64,000 nt of DNA from Bugula neritina (taxonomy: Eukaryota > Animalia > Bryozoa). Both the position numbers and the translations under genes were made by a program. Location of the stretch: contig OZ037773.1 in the NCBI GenBank assembly GCA_964035545.1, positions 2,881,751-2,945,750 on the forward strand. Direction: 5' to 3'. Below are positions 27,593 through 41,487 of the stretch, in pieces. The notes under the pieces were generated by a model. The model worked only from the letters and a program-made list of their open reading frames with translations, was not told where the DNA came from and searched no databases. Each line of letters starts with the position of its first letter. Positions within the stretch are counted from its first letter, which is position 1.

Positions 27593-27811
27593 AGTCATAA
27601 TTTAATATACATAATATTTATTGTCACTAGTTAGACAACCATAACCCTTTCCTATTAATTTTCACAGTATAAAATTGACTTTATATTTTGTATAAACTAT
27701 GACCAATTAGTAATGTTTTATGGAAGATTAATATTTTTATTAATTACTTATTATATAAAAACAAAAATGAATGCTCTATCTTTATTCTACTGTTGAGACG
27801 AACACCCAATA

Positions 27812-28015
27812 TAACTCAGGTTGGGCTTATAGTCACCGCCCTTGTGAGAATCTCTGATAGAAAAGTCTTTAAGTAGACTAGAATTTGTTCTCTATTATGG
27901 CAAAGAGCAACTATGACTGGATGCTCTTCCTATAACACCACCAATGGCCTTTGCTGGGGTCAAACCACTGACCCATGTTTACTAAACCGGTGACCCCTAG
28001 ACCACAGCTGCTTCT
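27812..28015 (-). mobile_element. tRNA-derived SINE copy
   Basis: Reverse complement matches the copies at 32951 and 55007 (TGGTCTAG A-box head, AAAGGCCATT..GGAAGAGCATCCAGT core). Confidence 0.75.
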
Positions 28016-28413
28016 TGTAAACCTACAATAACTAATGAAGTTCTTATTATATAATATAATTTAAACTACTTATAGTCATATTTTTGGGTCAACAGCTTTA
28101 CATTGAATCATTTGTTATAAGGAATACAATTTATTTTTAGAAATTATCTACATTGCAGAGATAAGAGTTCTTAGCCATATTCAATAACAGTAAAAAGGTA
28201 AACAATAATGCTATGCATGTAAATAACATAAACTGGAAATAAATAATATATTTATTTACTTTGTATACGTAGCTTCTAATATTTATTAACATGTTATGCA
28301 TTTAAAAACAATAATTACTATAACTCCTTTTTGTATACAGTATGGTTGTTTGACAGTAGAACCAATAGTTTTCCATTTAATATTTCCCAATTTTATTACT
28401 CAATGATTTTGCT

Positions 28414-30635
28414 TTAGGATATGCATATTAGTAGAACTGTCATAATAATAGTACAAATAATGGTGGTTGAAAGGGAGAATCCACTTCCTGCATTACACAA
28501 GTCCCCCTTGCACGAACATACCCATACAGAGAATGTTCCATTCCGTCTGATATTGATCTTCGGGTTTGTGCAGTGTGTGTTTGGGTATTTGTTCCCACAG
28601 CTTCTCCTCACTGCAAAGAAAAGAAATGAACTCAAAAAACTTATATATTTAATGGTTGGTTTTGCTAAAGCCTTTTGCCAGGGTCTAAGCATAAAAATGT
28701 AAGGAGATGATGACTCCTATTTTATTCACAATTTTCAATCTCACAATATATGTAATACAATTTCTACTCATTATTTCTAGAATTGGTTATTAATGCTTTT
28801 TAAGTTAGTTTATAATGAATTTGTGATGAATTTAATTTGATAACTTTTTATTATGTTATGATCATTGAGCTTGTCATCAAAATGATTAAAATTATCGGTC
28901 TGTTTTAAAACAATGATTAGTGGTTATATGGCACATGCATAGGGTATGTGTGAGCATTAATGATCTCTTATATGCAATAATTTTCTTTTTAAAAACATAC
29001 AGTACCTACTGGAAAAAAGTCTGAAATATTTCACTCATAAACAAATTTTGACCATGGCAGCAAATAAGGATTAGTGACAACATGATGGCAAAACCTGATC
29101 TGTTAAGAACATTCAAATACTAGTTTTTTACTACATTTGCTACATTTCTTTCTATAAAAATGTTTTGAAACTCAAAATAAACGCATATTTTTTAAACTAA
29201 AATTTTTGTGCTTCTAATCCAAATATTCCAGAGTTTTTGCCTGCACTGTACACATGGAACACTTTGAGTTATTGACAATGTTACCTATATAGTCAGCTGT
29301 GTTATTCACAATACGGATGATATCTTCTTTAGTGCAATATCCGTCATCGTGTATCCCAAGAGGCAGTGTAGAGCAGTTGATGATATCAGAGCTCGGGCTG
29401 CTGTAAGGGTCAGCACAATCATCCTGGTTGTTAGTCCCTCCGCAGACGTAACAGGACGTGGCATGGAGACTTGGTATAAGAACTGTCAGGCACGCATGAC
29501 GGAGGTTAGCAAACAACTCAAAGTTTATTCAAAAACTGCAGTAGACTTTCCAATCAAGTGTAAAATAGATTAAAAAGTTGTTTAGTTTGAAGTGCAATAT
29601 GAGCATTTTTAGTAAAACGTGAAAAATTTTTTGAAGTTGTCTAATCTTAGGATTTTCTGGTTTTGTGTTTACGCTAAGTATGAAACTTGTTTTTCAGACA
29701 AGAAGCTAGTTAAAGTTATAGTACAATGTAAACTATGAAAGCTGTGTAATTGTTTCTATCTTAACTATATACCTGCTTACTAACCAATCAAACTGATACC
29801 ATGCCCTATTCTTTCTTGGTTTGCTCTAATTTATAATAGATTTAAAGTTTTTGTGTAGTTAACCCAAATTAAAATATTTTTTGGCATGTAGATCTCTGCT
29901 AAAAAAAAGAGAAACTTTAATTCTCTGGTTAAATATTTTAAAGTGTATTTGAACTTTAGAATTGGAACGAAGAGGATAAAAATTATTATAATGGTGATGA
30001 TAGAAATGTAATTATAAAATACATCAAATAGCTTTTTAATGGGATCTTTTTAACACAGGCATAAAACTTTAAATTATTTACTTGTTTTCTTTGTGAGTGA
30101 GACAATAAAACCTTCTTGATAATTGATTACTTCTCTGACACAACTTGATAATACTTGACACGAGCTAAGTAATATTTAAGTCTGCAGTTTGCTCAAGTCA
30201 CAATTCAGTGTAGTCAGTGTAGCGAAGCAAAGGAGATAAAAAGATTTCAGTAAACTAAAGATCTCCTAATATTTAGCATCTTCTAGTCTCATCTAAAAAT
30301 TTAAAATCTGCTAGTTTCTACTAACCTATAGCTGCATGCTTTGAAACATATTCTACAATATAGGGCATGAAATATTCCTAAGGCATGTTGCAATCTATTC
30401 ATACGCAATCTACTTTTTATAGCACAACTTTTTGCTTATTCACATAACGTGAGCTTGCTTTTCTCCTGTATATATTCTTGCAATCAATTCAAATAAAACT
30501 ACCAATTCAATAAATAATACAATGATTTCATATTGTAGGAGAGCCCCAAGTTGCAAACCAACCAAACCAGTAACTATATTGATATAAAATCTTACCAACG
30601 AAGGCAAAGAGTGTAACGATTATATGAGTATCCAT
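28414..30635 (-). CDS. GPI-anchored Ly6/uPAR three-finger protein, Quiver/Sleepless-like (paralogue A, 144 aa)
   Basis: Exons 30596-30635 (alternative in-frame ATG at 30647), 29285-29482, 28414-28610, both introns phase 1. MDTHIIVTLFAFVVLIPSLHA-TSCYVC...C...C...C...C...C...CSCKGDLCN-AGSG plus hydrophobic tail; 10 Cys with a C-x-C-x4-CN end. Confidence 0.9.
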
Positions 30636-31184
30636 TAAGCATCCCATCCATATATCCAAAACCTAATGAGCTCTTGTCTAATAGGACAGTACTCTACATG
30701 TATAGCAACATACATTGTTGTCACATCTCTAAATGCATGTGTGCACAATTATGATGGTTATAGCTGGCGTCATTTTCAACTACTATTTCATGCCATACAT
30801 CATCCCTGTGGACATGGTAATGCCTCATTCCCAATAAAATACAGTCATGAAAATAACTATTATAACTATTATAGCTTTTCTTGATCATTGTACCTCTATT
30901 TTATTGGTTTTGTGTTGATTTTGGTTGAGAAATATTGCACCAAGTATATTATTTTCATAATACATCGCCAATTGTTAGTAAAGTTGATGCATGACTATTG
31001 TATTGTAAGTTTTCATATTCTTTAGTTTTTCTAATACATTGTGTTGTGTTACGGCAGCCCAAATTACAATACCCGCATGCATGACAATATAAAATGGTTT
31101 ATGCTACATGTTTACAGTAGAGCAGTTACTAATTCTCAGACTATAGAATTAAATATATATATGGTGTGGGCCATGGTACTCTGT

Positions 31185-31231
31185 TCTGTGCTGATGAGGG
31201 GACAAATTTCGAAACAGCTGCTGTCCACAGA
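31185..31231 (+). ncRNA. Minimal type I hammerhead ribozyme motif (copy 1, G-U-rich stem II)
   Basis: TCTGTG | CTGATGA | GGGG-ACAAA-TTTC | GAAA | CAGCTGCTG | TC | CACAGA: complete catalytic core, 6-bp stem I, palindromic stem III, predicted GUC cleavage after 31225. Confidence 0.8.
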
Positions 31232-31233
31232 TT

Positions 31234-31301
<68 letters not shown>

Positions 31302-31303
31302 AA

Positions 31304-31350
31304 TCTGTGGACAGCAGCTGTTTCGGGATTTGTCCCCTCATCAGCACAGA
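31304..31350 (-). ncRNA. Minimal type I hammerhead ribozyme motif (copy 2, intact stem II)
   Basis: Minus strand reads TCTGTG CTGATGA GGGG-ACAAA-TCCC GAAA CAGCTGCTG TC CACAGA; predicted cleavage after the C at 31310. Confidence 0.85.
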
Positions 31351-31376
31351 ACAGAGTACCATAGCCCACACCTTCG

Positions 31377-31506
<130 letters not shown>

Positions 31507-31957
31507 ACAATTATAACAGCTCTGGTTTTACAGTTTAATGACCTGTTTTGAAGTGTCAACACAAACTATGAAGTAATACAACTGCTGAAATCGATGAAGA
31601 ACAAATTAGAGGAGGAATTACTAATTAGTCTAATCTTTGCTGGTTTTGCTGTTCAACAAACTCAGAGCCTTTAAACAAACTTATTTTCACAAGGAAATTT
31701 GTTCTAATTCAATTTTAGAAGCAATCATCTGTAATTAGTCTGCTTACTTTAAAATTGCAAAACCAATAATATATAATCGCATCACCAAATATGATTTATT
31801 CTGATATTGAATGCTGTGAAGCATAGGTAAGAAACAAGCTACCTCAACAGTTGAAAATAAACAAACGTAAACCCAATACATATTTCAGTTTATTAAGGTA
31901 GTGAAGTTCTAATAATATATCTTTTTAACAGACAATGAGTTTGTATAACGAATTTCT

Positions 31958-32105
31958 CTATAAGCAGCTCCGAGTTGAGGGTGACTGAGTTCAGTAGTTT
32001 AGGGGGTCTTAACTTTGGAGTTGAAGCTCTACTAAAGCCTCCAAGTTTAAACTCAAACACCCAAGCTACTGCACTCAGTCACCTCTAACTCGCAACTGCT
32101 TATAG
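31958..32105. mobile_element. About 150-bp imperfect inverted repeat (MITE-like) in the 3' UTR of paralogue B
   Basis: CTATAAGCAG..CGAGTT.AGGGTGACTGAGT.CAGTAG...TTGGAG versus CTCCAA...CTACTG.ACTCAGTCACCT.AACTCG..CTGCTTATAG. Confidence 0.65.
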
Positions 32106-32135
32106 AACATTTTTTCTACAACAGCAGCTGCTTGT

Positions 32136-33790
32136 TTAGTAAAAGAAAAGTCTGGCTGTTAGAGCAGAGACTAGAAAAAACACTGATGCTCTGAACTGAC
32201 TTCCTCCATTACACTTGTCTCCATGGCAACTGCATAAATAACCATCTACACCTTTCATATGCTCTGCTTTTGCACAGTAGTCGTTGTTAAAGAGTTTTCC
32301 ACATGATCTGCTCACTAGAAAGATATATATCCAGTATAGTCATTGCAAGCAAGTATGAAATCTACACAAATTATTCTACCCCAGCGTTACATTAGCATTT
32401 CACTGATTTTAGTTTTTAATAAATATTACACATGGTAGGTTATATACATCAGTATGACTGTTAGTTTTTTATTCAACGATCCAGTTGAAAGCTGAATTTT
32501 AAATAATGAGATACAATTAAATAATAAATCTAAGTTCTTCAACTTTATTGTAACAAAATAAATAAAACAACTCCTGACAATGACATAATAATTGCGAATT
32601 ACCCCAATTTTGTGTTGTAATATTCAGGTGAGTCAAAATTACTTCGTGCAAATGGTTTTCTTTTCGACAGAAATTTGAAAACACTAGTTGATTTTTCAAC
32701 ACCACAACACTTCAAACTAAACTCTTGAAGTATATTAATTGTCTGCTTTTTTCATTAATTTCTTTGCTTTATTAAAAACACATTTTATATTTTACACTTT
32801 GTAATTAATAAAATTCTACTCATTTAAGTGCTGAGTTATCTTATATATAGATGTTTATTTTAAAATAGATCTGCAACATTATTTTCCTTCCTTATATGTT
32901 TTATTTTTGTCTCTAATAAATTGTATAATATATGCTTAGAATAGACCTACAGGGAGCAGTCATGGTCTAGAGGTTAGGACAAGCCTACGTTTTGCTTTGA
33001 AGACACCAAGTCATGGGTTCAAACCTGAACAAAGGCCATTCGTGATGCTAGGAAGAGCATCCAGTTATACAATTGCTCCTGTGCCCCATCTGAATAAGCT
33101 CTTAAAAAAACCCTTTCCATCAGGGGTTTCTCACAGGGATAACAACTATAAACTTTGGTGAGCATTTTTTAGAATAGACCCATGATGTATAATTTATAAT
33201 ATCTGATCTTTTACACATTTATCAAGCAAATATCCTTCTAAGTTTTATTACAGTAAACATTCAAAGTTAACGATTACGCTTACCAACTGTAGTTGTTGAC
33301 CCCAAAGCTTTTGCTATGCTTTTACTTTTACTGCAAGAGCCATCGTCATAAATACCGAAGAGGTACGTGCCACAGTCTTTCTCGTGGTTGCTAGGTGACA
33401 CATACTCATCAGCACAAGTAGAATCCAAGATGGAGGTGCAGACGTAGCACTGGGTATTGACAGCAAAACAACAGGCTACTAGGCCTATCAAAAATTACAT
33501 ATGACTTTCCAATAGATGTGTTGTGTTCTTTTATATCAGATTCAAAAGACAGCATGAATAAAAAAACTTCAAATTTTCAATAGTCCTTATCAGGGCTGTT
33601 GAAAATCCAATAACACATGGTTTGTTAAAATTTTCATTTGAAATCATCAGCAGTTAACTAATCTAAATAATTAACACACCAGAAAAGCTTTATACTATTA
33701 GAGATTACTAACTTCTACTAATCAAAATAAAGACAACTTTTCTTAGAAACCCTCACCTGAAAAATATATAACCATAGCAGAGCAGTTCAT
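32136..33790 (-). CDS. GPI-anchored Ly6/uPAR three-finger protein, Quiver-like (paralogue B, 137 aa)
   Basis: Exons 33757-33790, 33284-33484, 32136-32314. MNCSAMVIYFSGLVACCFAVNTQCYVC...SRSCGKLFNNDYCAKAEHMKGVDGYLCSCHGDKCNGGSQFRASVFFLVSALTARLFFY. Confidence 0.92.
32951..33160 (+). mobile_element. tRNA-derived SINE in intron 2 of paralogue B
   Basis: A box TGGTCTAGAGG, B box GGTTCAAACC, then a body shared with 27812-28015 and 55007-55218; decayed copies also at about 47620-47945 and 51440-51665. Confidence 0.8.
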
Positions 33791-34036
33791 GTTGACGAAT
33801 TCAAAGTACTTTGACTATTGCTAATAGCAGCCACATGCAAATCACCCAACTATTGGCCAGCAATGATTAATCAACAGCAATTGGTCGGTTTTAGTCCAAA
33901 CTACAAGTTGAGTATCGAATTTTTCCAATATTATTGACAGATTTGCTATGTCTTCCCAATTTTTTTATGTACATTTAATATGAAGTATTCTCTTATTCGG
34001 GGAATATTCACATAAACAAAGATTAAACTTATATAT

Positions 34037-35400
34037 TTAAAGTTTTGCTTTTACACATATAACAGCATTTTACTGCAACTACTAATTCAAGTTAACTTTG
34101 AATATAAGTTTAATCTTTGTTTATATGATACATGCACTCTTATTTGTTTTAACTGATCTAATCAATTACTTTTGTCTATGGCAGTTATCATTTTTATAAT
34201 ACATTTTAATATTTTTAGTAGAACTATAATGTCCTTTCCTAGAGTCAAACTCACCCTAGCTATAGCCACTAAAGGCAAGAGGTGAGTAATTCAGAATTTG
34301 TATATATTATGTTTGAATACATTACAGCTTCATAAATATTTTTTGTTCGTTTTATTTTAAAAACCTATTATAATTACATATTTTGACCTACTTTTACAGC
34401 TTCTTACGGCAGTTGGAATAAGTATAGATAAAGTTACTAACACCAACACCAGTACAACTCATCTGTAGTTAGTGGCCACGCTAGCTACAATATTGTGTAT
34501 GGGGCATGGGTACTCAGCTGTCTCTCTATTTTGTTTGTAGCTTGAAAGTATTTAAAAGCCGAATTCATAAACGTAGGTTTGCTTTTTGGTGGGTGTGTAA
34601 AATAGGTTTTTCCTTCCACAGCAGGAAAGAAAAAATAAGATCATTTATTCATTGCATACTGAAAGACAAGAGGGCTCAACTCCCAGATAGCCTGCAGCAG
34701 GTGTTGATGAACAAATGTGGAAGCTGAACTTAGAGAGTCTGTTGAAATCTGCATGCATGAAATGTGGTATTTGGAAAAAAATAAAATTTGTGTGAGACCA
34801 GCAGTATGAATTATGTGTATTGAATGTGATGCAAGAATGTTATTAGTTGCAGTCCGAAACAAAGAGCTCATATAAGAACTAACATTTGAATTGCTATATA
34901 AGTGTTTGGATGAACCGTCTTCAACTTATTACAGTAAACTAAAATAACTGTAGCGTCGCCACTAACTATAGATGAGTTGTACTGGTGTTGGTTTTCGTAA
35001 CTTTATTTTTACTTATTCCAACTGCCGTAAGAAACTATAAAAGTAGGTTAATATATACAATTATATTAGGTTTTTAAAACAAAACAAACAAAAATTATTT
35101 ATGACATTGTAAAGTATTCAAACATATATGCGGATTTTAGATTAATCACCTCTTGCCTTCTTTTAGTGGCTAGCTATAAGGGTGAGTTTGACTCTAGGAA
35201 ATGACATTGTAGGTCTACTAAAAATAATGAAGTTTATAATAAAAATGACAACAAATGATAACTGCCATAGACAAAGTTAATTATCAGTTAAGACAAGTAT
35301 TAGTGCATGTATCACATAAACAAAGATTGAACTTGTATTCAAAGTTGACTCGAATTAGTAGTTGCAGTGAATTACTGTTATGAGTAAAAGTAAAACTTTA
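34037..35400. mobile_element. Foldback/long-TIR non-autonomous element (about 450-bp inverted arms, about 470-bp spacer)
   Basis: 34037-34483 is the reverse complement of about 34951-35400, e.g. CCTAGAGTCAAACTCACCCT / AGGGTGAGTTTGACTCTAGG and CCAACACCAGTACAACTCATCT / AGATGAGTTGTACTGGTGTTGG. Confidence 0.8.
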
Positions 35401-37194
35401 AGCTACAAATTAGGATTCTATTCTGTGACAATCTGATCAATAACTGGAGAGCCTGTCTTAAGAAATTGTAATTTTATGAGAAATCTATTATAAAGTAAAC
35501 ACATAGCCATGAATTTTATCATGCACCGACCACACTGGTATTTCAAACTTGTTAAACTCCTAAACATGCTAAATAAACCAAATATTTATTATTAAGTTTA
35601 AATAGATAAACAATACTTAAGGAAAGCTTTAAATCATACAAATACTGAAAAACAAAATTAACCTGTGCCTCTTGAAATTAATTCCAATTCAAATTCATTT
35701 ATATTTTGCTAATTATATCATTAAAATGTATTGTTATTTATGCGATGGAACTTGCATTGCTAGCGCTACTATTATACTAACTGTAGGGTCAACGTCTGCA
35801 CTGACACATCCGGGCTGCCGAGACGTAAAGCTACAGCCAATGGGCGAGGGCGTGCTGTTATCTAATTAATGAATTGACAACTATTGCAGTCGTTGCGTTG
35901 CGTATGTAGGCAAGAATCACGTGATGTGATCATCTATTTGAGTAGAACGTTGCGCTAAGCGCAACGTTGAATGCTTAATAAACTGTTGGATATTCATTCG
36001 GTTATGCTGCTTTTACAACTTGAAATAATTATGCTCTATAGAGTATATGTGATAACTTTACAATAACTATTACAAATTATTTTGTTATAAGCATTTTTAA
36101 AACTATAATCAACTTTAAAAGTTGATAAAATACATAATATTTAGATACATAAAAGGTCTGTCAACTAATGTTTGGAGTTATGCACCTTCACAATCTTTAA
36201 TTTGAATAAGCCACCAGTTCCACGTGAAAGTGTTTACAAGACATATATTCTTGACAGTGGTCATCTATATAGCTTGTATATGCTGTTTAGTGCAACATAA
36301 TTCTGATTTTTTTCTTATAAGTAAAGATAAAATGCAGTAATTTGTAATTGCAGTAAATAATTTCACATTTTGGATTAGACATTTGCAGACTATGTTGGTT
36401 AATGAAGTAAAATTAAACATGTTTGGCTTGTTTATTAATATTCATCACTCATTTTAATTTCATTTAGTTGTGCTCTTCCATAGATATACAGCCATACTGC
36501 TAGAATCAAGGGCAGACAACTGCATTTTCACAATAATTATTTTCCATGTCTAAAAGTCAATTCTTTTTATTGTAAACTAAATTTGAATAACTTAATTAAC
36601 TGGGCAATAATTTCTGTAAATAATTTTATTTAAAAGCTAACGGGAGCTCTTCCATTCTGGGACCTGTTTTTAGGATAAATAAAATCTGTCAATTTAATTG
36701 CTGCAGGACTATTCAACGTGCTATGTTATATAGGTTTTCCTTCTTAGCTTAAACCTCGTCCAATAAGCCTAATTATTTATAAGTGAAGTCGTTGAACCTT
36801 AATTGATTTTTACAATTAAAATTGAAATTCACAATTACCGAACCTATCTGAAAGATTATGTAGATGCAGCATAATGCAGCCAATGTGCTTAAAAACAGGA
36901 CACAACTCTAAAGAAATTTGCGGAAGGCTTTCAGGCTATGGAAGGTTTATTGTATCAGAGCTAAATTACAATTATAACGCTGAGGATGCTATTTTCTTCA
37001 GCAGTCAAATATGCAATACTAACTAAAATTTAGTTGCATGAGTGCCAAAAATTCAAATTTATTTAAATAGAAAAATGCATTGCTTTATTTTAAAGATAAC
37101 TTTTGCAAATTGGATCAAAAATATTGTTGAAAAATCAAATACTCAAGAATGATATGGCAAACAATAACACAATAAAATATGTAGTGTATAATAA

Positions 37195-37470
37195 TGAAGC
37201 ATGTAATGTAGTAATGCATAATGTAATGTAGTAATGCATAGTGTAATGTAGTAGTGCATAATGTAATGTAGTAATGGATAATGTAATGTAGTAATGCATA
37301 ATGTAATGTAGTAATGCATAACGTAATGTAGTAGTGCATAATGTAATGTAGTAGTGCATGATGTAATGTAGTAATGCATACTGTAATTTAGTAATGCATA
37401 GTGTAATGCAGTATATAGTGCAACATGTAGTGTAGTGATGCAATATGTAATGTAGTATTGCATACTGTAG
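37195..37470. repeat. 20-bp minisatellite ATGTAATGTAGTAATGCATA
   Basis: Direct periodicity; explains ORFs 37115-37500. Confidence 0.95.
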
Positions 37471-37759
37471 TGACATAATGTTCCTATTTACTACTTTCAT
37501 AACTTTTTATCACAAGTATCATTAGACTTATTGTAAATTTCAAATCAGCAAAGTTGAAACTTGTATGATCCCTTATACACTCTTTACCAAATACTTATCA
37601 ACATATATTCACTATTAACTCAGGTAACCTGGATGTACTCACCAGATGATTGGTCATCAAGAAGAATGATGATGTCACAATGTCTTTCCTATTTTTCTCA
37701 AACATATAAGACTAGTTTTACGGCAGTTGGTTACAGCACCCAGTGAACAGGAAGTGGAT

Positions 37760-38072
37760 TGGTAGTGGACAGGTAGTGGACATATAGTGGACAGGTAGTG
37801 GATATATAGTGGACAGGTAGAGGACAGGTAGTGGACAGGTAGTGGATATATAGTGGATATGTAGTGGACAGGTAGTGGACAGGTAGTGAACGGGTAGTGG
37901 ACGGGTAATGGACGGGTAGTGGACATATAGTGGACAGGTAGTGGATATATAGTGGACAGGTAGTGGACAGGTAGTGGACAGGTAGTGGACATGTAGTGGA
38001 TATATAGTGGACAGGTAGTGGACAGGTAGTGAACAGGTAGAGGACAGGTAGTGGACAGGTAGTGGAGAGGTA
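37760..38072. repeat. 11-bp minisatellite GTAGTGGACAG
   Basis: About 28 copies; explains ORFs 37675-38093. Confidence 0.95.
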
Positions 38073-39857
38073 GGGAATAGGCAGCACATACATTATGTTA
38101 AGGCAGCATATTCAAGGCAGAGCTCAAGGTTACTAACCTCTCATCCAATATGTTGCAAATTGAACTGAGATTCTGAATGCTTTGTTTGTCGTGAGACTTT
38201 GAGTTCATCAACCTCATGTTCTAGTCAAGGAGACTTTAAGCTGACTAGTTTAGTCAATAATGAGATTTCTAAGATATTGTGAACTGTATTCATATCAGCT
38301 ATAAGTATATTGGCTGGGTTTGCTGTCTATAAGCTAGTATACTGTACGTACTTTTAAAATATATTACTGCACTTTACCACTTTGTTTTGTTCAAAGAAGA
38401 AAATCTTTGTGACATACGCTTATATACACAGACGAATCACGAACATAAAATTGTTTGTTGTGACAGTTAAAAAATTAAAAATGTTTATTTATTCCAACAT
38501 CGTCCAATGATATTGAGACTGTAACTATATTAAAAAACAGAGTTCTGCACACACCCGCACACGCACACGCACACGCACACCCACACGCACACCCACACGC
38601 ACACACACCCACAGTGCCATAGCAAATATGGTTGTAAGAAGCAATAAATTGTCTGACCAGATGCATAGTTGGCCAGTAATCACGTGTTTAATTATTGAAG
38701 GTTGGCAAGCAAAATTAACTGCTTTGAAAAATTAATTAATTCTTACAAAAATAACTGTTTGAGAAAAAATATGAAATTTCAACGTACAGTAATCAAGAAC
38801 TGAAATAGTAAAAAAGCATAAATTTGTGCTGCTGTTTTAAGTATCTGGTGTCAGTTATTACTATTACTTGAATAATAGATTTATTCAATCTGCTTAAAGA
38901 GTAGACTGTTTGGGTTGTGCCTTTGACTTGAGCTATCTTTAATCTCTGAGCTAAAGCCACGTGAAGCAGTGTTTTGTACTTTGATTTGTACTGCAGATGC
39001 AGAATCTTATATATGCGGTGAAAATACTGACTGCAGGGACGTTGCAAGAGTTTATACGTTTCTGATATAATTGGCTGATCACTATATTTTATCGAGTTTA
39101 CTTTTTACTTTCCGGCTTTTTGTTTTTACTCCATTTGAATACAAAGGAGCAGTAAAGTTATCAGCAAATGCAATTCTCACTTGAATTTCATTTCTGCTGC
39201 CAAGCTATTGTAACTACACAGAGGATTTTCACAAAATACTATTTTGCACGGGGGAGTTAGTTTCACAATTCTAGCTCTATCCCTAGCTGTACTAATTGTG
39301 TTTGTATTTGTATAGAAAAGCTAAATTCCAGTGGAATTTAACACAAGACTTAGTTAGGCTTCATTTCATATTTATTTTCTTCACAAATTGACTAAATCTA
39401 GTCAAACTTGCAAGCTCAACTATCATTATTGATTAAAAGTTTGTAATTATATTCATTGATTTTTAAAATGTTTTGAAAATGAAATAATTAGTTGAAAACC
39501 TGTAAGTAGTTTGATGTCAGTGAACTGGGCTTAGACTGGGGGGCTACAAAAGCAGTTTTAAGCAAGTATAACTGGAATGTATAATCACTGAAGAGCCCCC
39601 CCCCACATGTATGAAATATATTATACAAGAACTCAGGCTGAGCACTAACTTTCACATCAGTCTTCTGCAAACTTTTATTCTTTTTATTTGAAAGTTGAGT
39701 GAGCAAATTCAACTTAGTTTGTTTTTAAAACACAAGATTTTAGCAAAAAAGAACAATATAGAAAATACATCTGTTTTTGGTTGGAATCAACGTCTTTTTA
39801 TCATAAAGAACTACAATTTGACAGGAAAACATCTAATTTATTGTCGTATGAAGATCT

Positions 39858-41487
39858 TTAAAATAGAAACTTCATAACGACAGCGCAGAAGAGAGCAGCA
39901 GAGTAGGTCAGCTGACTTCCTCCGTTACACAAATCTCCGTCACAGCTGCAGGACCAAGTCTGAATCTTAGATACAACTGTACTAACTTTCTGGCGGTCAT
40001 TTTGTTTGCAATAGCTGTTGTCATAGCTACCTCCACAAGTTCTTGTTACTGCAACATTGAAAATTCATGAGCTGTTGCATGGGATTTTTTATTACTGGCA
40101 AGTTTTTGTCAAAAGGAAAGATTACTTGGTAGCAAATGTACAATATGAGGTTAAGGGAATGAAAAGATAACATTTTATATATGGAAATAGTGGTTTCACA
40201 ATTTTAAAGTTTCAGATTAATTTAAATAAAGAAGTTTGTATATATATCCTTAAGTTTTCTCTAATTGCAAACCATTTCAATTACAAGATGCTCAGAAATT
40301 CACAAAATATCTAAAAGGACAGCTACTTAAGCTTCTAATAGTGGTTTCATATAGTTCAAGTATAATAAAAGGTTTGGTTAAGAAGTTATGTCCTGAAAAG
40401 GCAATAACATGTACCATGGTAATACCATCAATTAGAGCTATGATGCAGTAATGGAGAAATTGAGAAAAGCCTGCTTTTTATGTTGAAAATATAGCAAAAG
40501 AAATTACGTTCTCGCAATAATTTCAATCTGTGCCCCAAACTAAAATCTAATAGTAAAATTAAAGAACTTAGACCATCTTGATTTCTCCACTACTGCTCCT
40601 AAATTATATAATGATATTATTATTATGACCTATCAGGTTTATTACCTAAAGTAATATCATTCCCAAGAATAGTGGTCGTAACTTTTGCCTTGCTGCAGGA
40701 GCCGTCGTCAGTGTAGTCTAACCCGGAGCAGTCAGTCTCGTGACTCGAGTCTCCAGCGTACTCGTCATCACAGCTGCCGATTAAATTGTTGCAGACATAA
40801 CACATGGTACCGGCAGCAGTAATAACAGATATCAGCCCTGTTGGACAGAATGGTTGCTGTAGACATTTATTTATACCTCAGCTTATACATTAAAGAGTAA
40901 TTTTACTCTAATTGTTTGTTTTGCAATAAAATCTCAACCGTTTGAACTGAACATAATATTTTGCGCGTAATCATGTAATTTGTAATAAGCTACTTGTAGG
41001 TATTGTTGTATAATATTATGAATTACAAATATATTATTTAATTATAAAAGTTATATTTAGGATGTAGTAATAACTTTAATATGTTTTATTGCAGTTTGAA
41101 AGATATTTACGAAATATTTAAATATAATTCTTACGCCCGGTTATAAGCAGTTTAATTAAAAATTTTTTTATCCTTGACTATATTCAAACATTCAGAAGAA
41201 TTTTTTTTATAAAGTCTGTTTGCACTTGAGTAGTTTGATAATTTGCCAAAATCCATGTTTTTCAATCCTATAATGTAAATTCAAGCCACTCAATTGGTCA
41301 GTTCATTGCAAAACTACAAATTCTCTTTCGATTCCATCTTTTCATTAAGAATTTATAAGAAGTTAAAAGTCATTACGATTAGCTCTAGAACTAGTTTTCG
41401 GTCACATTTTTATGTAAAAGTGAATCAAATCGAGTGCAATATGAGTTACTCACCACAAAGGAATGTTAGCAGTGCCAAAGCTTTCAT
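39858..41487 (-). CDS. GPI-anchored Ly6/uPAR three-finger protein, Quiver-like (paralogue C, 138 aa)
   Basis: Exons 41454-41487, 40646-40837, 39858-40048. MKALALLTFLCGLISVITAAGTMCYVC...WSCSCDGDLCNGGSQLTYSAALFCAVVMKFLF; TATAAAA on the minus strand at 41565-41571. Confidence 0.93.

Noticed and set aside
32951-33030. Possible tRNA gene
   Set aside because: A and B boxes are present but there is no cloverleaf, and it continues into a body repeated elsewhere in the window, so it is a SINE.
35630-36130. CpG-richer segment with palindrome CAACGTT-type arms (AACGTTGCGCTAAGCGCAACGTT), possibly another MITE
   Set aside because: Terminal inverted repeats and TSD could not be defined.
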